Made by a program: the position numbers and the translations under genes
From: Bradymonadia bacterium
GTDB lineage: Bacteria; Myxococcota_A; Bradymonadia; UBA7976; UBA1532
DNA length: 64,000 bases
Assembly: GCA_046290225.1 (NCBI GenBank)
Contig: JBKAGE010000037.1
Location: 32,001 to 96,000, forward strand
Direction: 5' to 3'
Part shown: in pieces, positions 46,544-53,298 of the stretch
Layout of the letters: every line of letters begins with the position of its first letter
How positions within the stretch are numbered: position 1 is the stretch's first letter
Notes under the pieces: generated by a model
What the model was told of the DNA's origin: nothing
Databases searched by the model: none
Seen by the model: the letters and a program-made list of their open reading frames with translations, nothing else

Positions 46544-46630
46544 CGGAAGAGGAGGGAGTCGAACCCCCAAGGCCCTTTCGAGCTCACCCGTATTCGAAAC
46601 GGGCGCCATCACCCATTGGCTTGCTCTTCC
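46544..46630 (-). tRNA. tRNA-Ser(CGA), atypical D-arm
   Basis: GGAAGAG...CCCGT-TT-CGA-AT-ACGGG...GGGGG-TTCGACT-CCCTC-CTCTTCC-G. Confidence 0.88.
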
Positions 46631-46663
46631 GTATGGCTCCAGAGCTTCAGCCATGGAGCACTG

Positions 46664-46748
46664 TGGACAAGGAGAGAGTCGAACTCCCGAGGTGCGTACG
46701 CACGACGCGTTTACAGCGCGCTCCGGTCCCCTACCGGCCTACCTGTCC
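46664..46748 (-). tRNA. tRNA-Tyr(GTA), atypical D-arm
   Basis: GGACAGG...GCGCG-CT-GTA-AA-CGCGT-C-GTGCGTACGCAC...GGGAG-TTCGACT-CTCTC-CTTGTCC-A. Confidence 0.85.
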
Positions 46749-46756
46749 TCAAAATG

Positions 46757-46845
46757 CGGAAGCGGCGGGAGTCGAACCCGCAGTGCCTTTCACGGCACAC
46801 CTGTTTTCCGGACAGGCGCGGCGAACCGATATCCGCCTCGCTTCC
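46757..46845 (-). tRNA. tRNA-Ser(GGA), atypical (A8, C33)
   Basis: GGAAGCG...CCTGT-CC-GGA-AA-ACAGG...GCGGG-TTCGACT-CCCGC-CGCTTCC-G. Confidence 0.85.
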
Positions 46846-46983
46846 AAACATCACACACATGTATCCCACCAGCATGCCGACGCAATACAACCATCTCATC
46901 AACACGCAACATGAAGACGCGATACACACGTGTATCAAACGGCACGCACCTACCATCGCCGCCAGAGATCAGAAGTCAGGAAG

Positions 46984-47067
46984 TGCCCGGGGTGAGATTC
47001 GAACTCACACGTCCTCACGGACACCGGCTTCTGAGGCCGGCGCGTCTACCAGTTCCGCCACCCGGGC
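46984..47067 (-). tRNA. tRNA-Leu(CAG)
   Basis: GCCCGGGTGGCGGAACTGGTAGACGCG-CCGGC-CT-CAG-AA-GCCGG...GTGAG-TTCGAAT-CTCAC-CCCGGGC-A. Confidence 0.93.
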
Positions 47068-47174
47068 ATATGGATCCCCAGCGACGATGGCAGGCACGGC
47101 ACATCGTGAGCACACACCCACAATGCTTTTATTTTCTAAGGCTTATGTGCCCTCACGAGCATCAACCGAGGCAC

Positions 47175-47209
47175 AAAAAAAGCCCCTCGGCAGATGCCTG
47201 AGGGGCTTT
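47175..47209 (-). terminator. Intrinsic terminator (attenuator) between the leader peptide and the tRNA array
   Basis: Minus strand AAAGCCCCTC-AGGCATCTGCC-GAGGGGC-TTTTTTT: GC-rich stem followed by 7 U. Confidence 0.9.
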
Positions 47210-47229
47210 CGTGCGAAGACCGGCAGGCC

Positions 47230-47337
47230 TCAGCTCGAACTCCCCTCGAGGGCACTCAGAAGCAACGACGCGCAATAAGACAGGCGCAAGTCGAGGCTTG
47301 AGAGGCGAGAGTTGGAGGTGTTCGAGATGAAGTGCAT
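47230..47337 (-). CDS. Putative attenuator leader peptide MHFISNTSNSRLSSLDLRLSYCASLLLSALEGSSS (35 aa; 11 Ser, 8 Leu, 1 Tyr)
   Basis: AAGGGA Shine-Dalgarno (47346-47351) 8 nt before the ATG; the stop lies ~20 nt before the terminator; too short for the ORF track. Confidence 0.82.
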   Translation of the reverse strand: MHFISNTSNSRLSSLDLRLSYCASLLLSALEGSSS

Positions 47338-47365
47338 GAGAACTATCCCTTGTTGAGTGACTCGA

Positions 47366-47394
47366 AAGGTAGCGGCATAGTCTGACTGTGTCAA
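47366..47394 (-). promoter_or_regulatory. Sigma70-type promoter of the leader-tRNA transcript
   Basis: Minus strand TTGACA (47394-47389), 17-nt spacer, TACCTT (47371-47366); AT-rich upstream segment. Confidence 0.82.
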
Positions 47395-47477
47395 AGACAT
47401 TTTTCACATGACAGTCATTTTTCTATTTCGGCCCACTCTGAGCACACCGACAGTCAGCCACTCGGGCTGTAGTATCC

Positions 47478-47996
47478 TCAGGGGACCCATATCTCCTCCC
47501 GGATCGCCCAGCGCTCGTGATCACGCCATGCACCATCCAAAAAGAGGTAGCTCTTGGAGTAGCCCTCACGCTCGAAGCCCACCCGCTTCACGAGCTGAAT
47601 CGATCGCATGTTCTCGGGCCGGATGTTGGCCTCAAGACGGTGCAAGCCGATGCGAGAAAACGCCCACTCCAGACAGCTGTGCATCCCCTCCTCCATCTTC
47701 CCTGAACCCGCATGGGGCAAGAAGGCGCCGTAACCCATGTACGCGCTGCGGAACAGGCCCATGGAGATCTGGCTGAGGTTGAACACCCCCGCGGGCTCCC
47801 CTGAGGCCTGATCGATCAACACAAGAGTGCGAAAGGCATCGCTCTGCCGATCGATGAGCAGCTGGAACGCCTCTACCGTACGCGCCGTAGAAAACCAGGG
47901 CCCGTGCAGGGAGACACTGGCCTGCGCCGCCGCGATGAACGCCATCTCGTCTTCAGGCACCAATGGTCGGAGTAGAGTTCTTGCGCTCGAGATCAA
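47478..47996 (-). CDS. RimJ/RimL-family GNAT acetyltransferase (second copy)
   Basis: GAGGAGG SD then TTG start; SAYMGY, LHRLEANIRPEN.RS, GFEREG.S..YL.LDG.WRDHERWA. Confidence 0.88.
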   Translation of the reverse strand: MISSARTLLRPLVPEDEMAFIAAAQASVSLHGPWFSTARTVEAFQLLIDRQSDAFRTLVLIDQASGEPAGVFNLSQISMGLFRSAYMGYGAFLPHAGSGKMEEGMHSCLEWAFSRIGLHRLEANIRPENMRSIQLVKRVGFEREGYSKSYLFLDGAWRDHERWAIREEIWVP

Positions 47997-48118
47997 ATCT
48001 GCACCTCCTCGTGCGGTGTTCGCGACATATTCTATGCGCAATTGCGATGTCCTCCCCTTGCTCTTGATGCACGCCTGAGGCACAACCGTTCTCTTGAACA
48101 TCGCCCCCAGGAGCCCCC

Positions 48119-49141
48119 ATGAACGCCCCCGAGATTCGACATGACTGGACCCGTGGCGAGATCAGGGCCCTCTTCGATCTGCCCTTCAACGATCTGCTCT
48201 TTCGGGCTCAGAGCGCCCACCGGCGCCACTTCGATCCCAACCGGGTACAGCTGAGCACCCTGCTCAGCATCAAGACCGGCTCTTGCCCCGAAGACTGCGC
48301 CTACTGCCCTCAGAGCGCGCGGTACGACACCGGCCTCGAGTCCGAGCGGCTGATGCCTCTCGAAGAGGTGCTCCAGCGGGCCCAGGCGGCCAAGGATGCA
48401 GGGGCCACGCGGTTCTGCATGGGGGCCGCCTGGCGCAACCCCAAGGATCGAGACCTCGACAAGGTCTGCGACATGGTCGTCGGTGTGCGTAAGCTCGGGC
48501 TCGAGACCTGCGTCACTCTGGGCATGCTCAAAGAGACACAGGCGAGACGCCTCAAAGAGGCAGGCCTGGACTACTACAACCACAACATCGACACCGATCC
48601 CGAGATGTACGGTGACATCATCACCACCCGCACCTTTCAGGATCGACTCGACACCCTTGAGCACGTGCGCGAAGCGGGCATGAAGGTGTGTTGCGGCGGC
48701 ATCGTGGGTATGGGCGAGAGCCGCGATCAGCGCGCGGGCATGCTGCTCACCCTGGCCAACATGCCCAGCCACCCCGAGAGCGTGCCCATCAACATGCTGG
48801 TTCAGGTCGAGGGCACTCCGCTGCACGGATCCGACAGCCTCGATCCACTGGAGTTCATCCGCACCATCGCCGTGGCGCGTATCCTGATGCCTCGATCGAG
48901 GGTCCGGCTCTCCGCTGGCCGTCGCCAGATGGACGACAGCACTCAGGCCTTGTGCTTCTTCGCCGGCGCAAACTCCATCTTCTATGGCGATCAGCTGCTC
49001 ACCACGGGCAACCCCGACGTGATCCGTGATCAGACCCTCCTCACCCGCCTGGGCATCGAAGCCGACGGCATGCCCACCGATGATGTAGAGCCGCCCACCT
49101 CAGTACACCCCGGCCACTGCCCCATCGAGGACCTGCCTTGA
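48119..49141 (+). CDS. bioB: Biotin synthase
   Basis: Radical SAM motif [28 protein letters not shown] and RLSAGR. Confidence 0.97.
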   Translation: MNAPEIRHDWTRGEIRALFDLPFNDLLFRAQSAHRRHFDPNRVQLSTLLSIKTGSCPEDCAYCPQSARYDTGLESERLMPLEEVLQRAQAAKDAGATRFCMGAAWRNPKDRDLDKVCDMVVGVRKLGLETCVTLGMLKETQARRLKEAGLDYYNHNIDTDPEMYGDIITTRTFQDRLDTLEHVREAGMKVCCGGIVGMGESRDQRAGMLLTLANMPSHPESVPINMLVQVEGTPLHGSDSLDPLEFIRTIAVARILMPRSRVRLSAGRRQMDDSTQALCFFAGANSIFYGDQLLTTGNPDVIRDQTLLTRLGIEADGMPTDDVEPPTSVHPGHCPIEDLP

Positions 49142-50412
49142 GCGATGGCTCGAGCTGGCTCGACGGCCCCGGCCGTCATCTCTGGCGCCCTTACACGCAG
49201 ATGCTCACCGAGTTGGCCCCCTTGAAGGCCGTGGCCACCGAGGGCGTGTACATCGAGCTCGAAGACGGGCGCCGACTCGTCGACGGGACCTCGTCGTGGT
49301 GGACGGCCTGTCACGGCTACAACCACCCCTACATCCGTGAGCGCGTCATCGAGCAGCTGCACGCGATGCCTCACGTGATGTTCGGTGGGCTCTACCACGC
49401 CCCCGCCCTCGAGCTGGCCACACGCCTCGCACAGCTGCTCCCCGGAGATCTCGCCCACGCGTTCTTTGCCGAGTCAGGCTCGGTCTCGGTGGAAGTGGCC
49501 ATGAAGATGGCGGCGCAGTTCTGGCTCAACCAGGGTCAGCGTCGTACGCGCTTCGTGAGCTTCCTCGGGGGCTATCACGGCGACACCCTGGCCACCATGA
49601 GCGTGTGTGATCCCGAAGAAGGCATGCACGGCATGTTCAAAGGGCTGCTCGCAGATCAGCTCGTGATCCCGTTGCCTGTGGATGACGCCTCTCGAGCTGA
49701 CTTCGTCGGCACGCTTAAGCGTCACCGACACGAGGTGGCTGCGGTCATCATGGAGCCCCTGATGCAGGGCGCCGGTGGCATGCGATTGCACAGCCCGGAG
49801 ACACTCGCCTTCATCCGAGAGGCCTGCACCGCCCACGATGTGCTCTTGATCCTCGACGAGATCGCCACGGGCTTCGGCCGCACGGGCACTCTCTTCGCCT
49901 GCGAGCAGGCTGATGTGATCCCCGACATCATCACCCTCTCCAAGGCGCTCACCGGCGGCACCCTGCCCCTCTCGGCGGCGGTGGCCTCCACCCGCATCTT
50001 CGAGGGCTTCCTCAGCGAGGATCCGCTCAAAGCGCTGATGCACGGCCCCACCTATATGGCCAACCCCATGGGCTGCACCGCAGCTCTGGCCAGCCTCGAT
50101 CTGTTCGAGCGCGAGCCCCGCATCGCCCAGGTGAAAGCCATCGAGTCCCAGCTCGCCTCTGGCCTCACCTCCCTCGCCGATCTCGATCACGTCGTCGATG
50201 TCCGGGTGCTCGGCGCGATGGGCGCGGTCCAGCTCAAAAAGGGCCCCAAAGGCCTGCCCCTCGACGCCATGCGCCAGGCCTTCGCCGATCGCGGTGTGTG
50301 GGTGAGGCCCTTCGGCGACGTGGTCTACCTGATGCCCCCCTTCATCATCGAAACACCACAACTCGAGCTCCTCATCGAGGCCGTAAAAGACGTCGTCACC
50401 ACCTTCAGATAA
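49138..50412 (+). CDS. bioA: Adenosylmethionine--8-amino-7-oxononanoate aminotransferase
   Basis: [40 protein letters not shown] and HGPTYMANP motifs. Confidence 0.96.
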   Translation: MSDGSSWLDGPGRHLWRPYTQMLTELAPLKAVATEGVYIELEDGRRLVDGTSSWWTACHGYNHPYIRERVIEQLHAMPHVMFGGLYHAPALELATRLAQLLPGDLAHAFFAESGSVSVEVAMKMAAQFWLNQGQRRTRFVSFLGGYHGDTLATMSVCDPEEGMHGMFKGLLADQLVIPLPVDDASRADFVGTLKRHRHEVAAVIMEPLMQGAGGMRLHSPETLAFIREACTAHDVLLILDEIATGFGRTGTLFACEQADVIPDIITLSKALTGGTLPLSAAVASTRIFEGFLSEDPLKALMHGPTYMANPMGCTAALASLDLFEREPRIAQVKAIESQLASGLTSLADLDHVVDVRVLGAMGAVQLKKGPKGLPLDAMRQAFADRGVWVRPFGDVVYLMPPFIIETPQLELLIEAVKDVVTTFR

Positions 50413-50478
50413 GAAGCCCTAAAAAGACCCCTCTCCCTCACCCACAAAGCCAAAAGCCCCACAAAGCCATAACCCACC

Positions 50479-50669
50479 TATGCACGTGCCCCACGGAGGC
50501 GCGGAGGTGGCGGCAGTCGTCGTGAGCGTGGTGAGTTCGCGTGCAGATGTGGTGGGGAAAGCGCAGGCGCAGCGAAGGCTTCTGCCAGCGCTGCGTCGAG
50601 CATTTACCCGCCGCAGCTGTGCGTGAAATCGCCGCGCTCACGACGGCTGACGCCGCCGGAGCGCCGGAG
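50479..50669 (+). repeat. Long-hairpin repeat, copy C
   Basis: TATGCACGTGCCCCACGGAGGCGCGGAGG...CAGATGTGGTGG..AAAGCGCAGGCG...CGTCGAGCATTT...GCCGGAGCGCCGGAG, lying between convergent genes. Confidence 0.78.
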
Positions 50670-50670
50670 T

Positions 50671-52797
50671 TCAGGGTGCCCCGTCGCGCTCGTCGGCATC
50701 CTCGGGGGAGTCACAGCCGGGATCGTTGGGGAAGTCGATCAGACCATCGCGATCGTTGTCGTCACCATCGTCACAGGGGGGCAGCACCTCGGTGAACTCC
50801 ATGGTGAACGTGTAGTTGCCCCCCTCGCCGAAGCGGGTGTCGAGGTAGATGAAGTAGCCTCCCGGCTCGAGGCGGCGCAGAGACACGCGGCCGCGCTCGG
50901 TCATGCCCGAGTCACCGCGATCGCACTGCAGCTCGCTCGCCACGCTCGTGCACTCCGAGCGGACGTACACCACCGTGCTGATCTCCGTCTCGGGGTGATC
51001 AGTGTCGATGATGATCTCCGACTGGTAGCGCACATCGTTCTCGAAGTAGTACACCCGCTCTGGGGCATTCACCCCACCGCAGCTGCCTCGGAAGTCGTTC
51101 GACGCCCCTTCCTCTTCGAGCGTGGTGCCGCTCACCGTCAGGATGTTGCTGTTGCGGGGCAGGAAGAGCTGCTCCACCTGCACGTCGGCACCGCACACAT
51201 CCGTCTCATCGCTGTCAGCGGCGTTGAAGCAGCCCACATCGTCAGGGTAGTCCGTCAGGCCGTCTTCGTCGTCGTCCATCCCGTTGCCGCAGATGGGGGC
51301 CGGATCAGGCGTCGTCTCGTCGCGATCAGAGGGCTGCTCACAGCCCGGATCGTTCGGGTAATCAGCGAGACCATCCTCGTCGTCGTCCACCCCGTTGAGG
51401 CACTGAGCGAGAGGCGTCTCGTCCACCCGGAGCTCCACCGGACCACCGGCACCAGCGACACCGTCGATGTAGACGAGCAGCTCACCCTGAGGGGGATCGG
51501 GGATCGTCAGCGTGTTGCCGATGGCCACCGCGTTCTGGTTCTCGCGCACACAGGCGATCTCCGCCAGGGGCTCGAGACAGTTCGTCAGGCGCACGTAAAT
51601 CGTCGTGGGCACCAGCGTACCCGGGTTGTCCGTGGTGATCGTCAGGGCCTCAACCGGATGATCGAGGAGGTAGGACACCACCAGCTCGGGGCTGCCGTTG
51701 CCGCCGCACGTGCCTTGCGACTCGAAGAGACCGCGGCTCGTGTCGATGGTCACCGTCTCGCCGTCATCGAGGCGGGGCGGATCGTAGAAGTCACCGCAGC
51801 TGCCGCGCTCGCTCGTGTCGCCAGAAGACGTGCAGCCCTCATCGTCGGGGTAGTCGACGCGGCCGTCGACGTCGTTGTCGCGGCCATCAGAGCACTCAGT
51901 GGGACGACTGGGATCAGCCTCGTCGCGATCACCCACGCCAGCACAGCCTGGATCGTTCGGGTAATCGACGAAGCCATCACCGTCATCGTCCATCCCGTTG
52001 CCACAGGCAGGGGGTGACGCCGGATCATCCTCGTCGTCGTCACCGGCGGCAGCGCAGCCCGGCTCCGCGGGGAAGTCGATCACCCCATCGCCGTCATTGT
52101 CGATGACGTCGTTGCATGCCGGCCGCTCATCAGGATCAGCCTCGGTCATGTCGGCAGGGTTGGTGCAGCCCGGATCCTCGAGATCGATACGACCATCAGA
52201 GTCGTTGTCGAGGGTGTCGGTGCACTGAGGCTGCTGGAGCTCGTTCTCCTCAGTCTCGTCCTGCCGGGAGCTGCAGCCGGGATCGTTGGGGAAGTCGGTG
52301 AGACCATCGAGATCGTTGTCGAGGCCGTCATCACACGCCGGGGGAGGCGGCGGATCGAACTCGTCCGGATCCCCCTCGCTGCTGCAGCCGGGATCCTCAA
52401 GATCGACCAGACCGTCACCGTCGTTGTCTTCGCCGTCGTTGCAGGCCACCTCGACGGGCATGCCACCGCCAGCGCCGGCCTCGCCGCCGCCAGCGCCCGC
52501 CTGACCACCGCCAGCGCCCGCCTGACCACCACCGGCACCGGCCTGACCACCGCCAGCCCCGCCGATCATGCGGCCCATGTCGGGCTCACCGCCGCTCGAG
52601 TCCTCGCTGTCACAGGCAGCGAGCCACCCGGTGGCAGCCATCAAGACCAGCAGGCGACGCAGTCGTCGACCCTTTGCCAAATGTCCCGCCTTCGAATGCC
52701 CCGTTTCCGAATACTCTGACACGTACCACTCCCATACTTGAGGCCGTCTGGCCTTATACAACTGACACCAGGACGTTACCAGCATGTCGGGGTTCAT
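50671..52797 (-). CDS. Lipoprotein with 9 CxDGxDNDxDGxxDxPxDPGC Ca-binding-like repeats and two PPC-like domains (true start likely downstream)
   Basis: WLAAC lipobox, GAGGGQA tandem linker, and nine DxDxDG repeats. Confidence 0.8.
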   Translation of the reverse strand: MNPDMLVTSWCQLYKARRPQVWEWYVSEYSETGHSKAGHLAKGRRLRRLLVLMAATGWLAACDSEDSSGGEPDMGRMIGGAGGGQAGAGGGQAGAGGGQAGAGGGEAGAGGGMPVEVACNDGEDNDGDGLVDLEDPGCSSEGDPDEFDPPPPPACDDGLDNDLDGLTDFPNDPGCSSRQDETEENELQQPQCTDTLDNDSDGRIDLEDPGCTNPADMTEADPDERPACNDVIDNDGDGVIDFPAEPGCAAAGDDDEDDPASPPACGNGMDDDGDGFVDYPNDPGCAGVGDRDEADPSRPTECSDGRDNDVDGRVDYPDDEGCTSSGDTSERGSCGDFYDPPRLDDGETVTIDTSRGLFESQGTCGGNGSPELVVSYLLDHPVEALTITTDNPGTLVPTTIYVRLTNCLEPLAEIACVRENQNAVAIGNTLTIPDPPQGELLVYIDGVAGAGGPVELRVDETPLAQCLNGVDDDEDGLADYPNDPGCEQPSDRDETTPDPAPICGNGMDDDEDGLTDYPDDVGCFNAADSDETDVCGADVQVEQLFLPRNSNILTVSGTTLEEEGASNDFRGSCGGVNAPERVYYFENDVRYQSEIIIDTDHPETEISTVVYVRSECTSVASELQCDRGDSGMTERGRVSLRRLEPGGYFIYLDTRFGEGGNYTFTMEFTEVLPPCDDGDDNDRDGLIDFPNDPGCDSPEDADERDGAP

Positions 52798-52871
52798 CGC
52801 ACCCGGTCACAGGGCAATCGCACGTAGATGTGCCTTGCGTCATATCGCGAATCAGGTGTCTGATTCAGCCC

Positions 52872-53291
52872 ATGTCACCCTGGACCTCCACAACGTCTGC
52901 ACGTATGTGGTGTGCCCTCTGGCTCCTGGCCGGCGTAGGGCTGCCCGCATGTGAGAGCACCGCCTTCGACCTGTCCGAGAGCACGTCGACCAACTTGACG
53001 TTCTCACCCGCCTTCATGGAAGGCCCCAATCAGGAGATCGAGGTCGAGGCCACCTTCGACGGGGTGGCTGATCCGGAGAGCGTAGAAGGTGATCTGCCCA
53101 CGTGGTCGCTCGACGCCACCACCCATCCCGACCTCACAGTGCTCTCGTGGTCTTTCGTCTCCAACTTCAAGGTGAAGCTCAGGCTCAGTCGCAGCGCTGG
53201 CATTTCTCCCGGCGGTCACCCCATCACCTTGAAGATCGAGAACCATTTCGGCACCTTCGTCGCTCAAGGCGAGTTCTTCGTGTTTCCGTAG
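52872..53291 (+). CDS. Small lipoprotein with an Ig-like domain
   Basis: LPAC lipobox; beta-rich sequence. Confidence 0.6.
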   Translation: MSPWTSTTSARMWCALWLLAGVGLPACESTAFDLSESTSTNLTFSPAFMEGPNQEIEVEATFDGVADPESVEGDLPTWSLDATTHPDLTVLSWSFVSNFKVKLRLSRSAGISPGGHPITLKIENHFGTFVAQGEFFVFP

Positions 53292-53298
53292 GTGCTGG

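Noticed and set aside
45270..47067. CRISPR array suggested by recurring GGGAGTCGAACCC motifs
   Set aside because: The repeats are tRNA T-arms within full cloverleaves, spacing is irregular, and no cas genes are present.
45270..47067. Selenocysteine, suppressor or allo-tRNAs (recoding)
   Set aside because: No UCA/CUA/UUA anticodon is present, the acceptor/T stems read as standard 7/5, and discriminators and anticodons agree (Ser G73; Leu and Tyr A73).
45262..47278. Numerous ORF-track entries across the tRNA array (for example 46409-47278 +, 46449-47201 +, 45416-45961 +)
   Set aside because: They are translations of tRNA genes and spacers; the repeated RRESNP/GGSRT peptides are just the reverse-complement T-arm.
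47175..47360. T-box riboswitch as the regulator
   Set aside because: The leader is short, I found no T-box UGGNACC antiterminator bulge, and a translated leader with an SD explains the architecture better.
47162..47407. 81-aa minus-strand ORF MKNVFDTVRL...
   Set aside because: It starts upstream of the -35 box, has no SD and runs through the terminator. The 35-codon frame has an SD, the codon bias and the correct stop position.
44785..48101. Prophage or integrative element carrying the tRNA array
   Set aside because: No integrase, phage structural genes or att duplication are visible in the window.
52460..52565. 21-bp tandem repeats
   Set aside because: They encode the GAGGGQA low-complexity linker of a lipoprotein, a common feature of proteins in this window.
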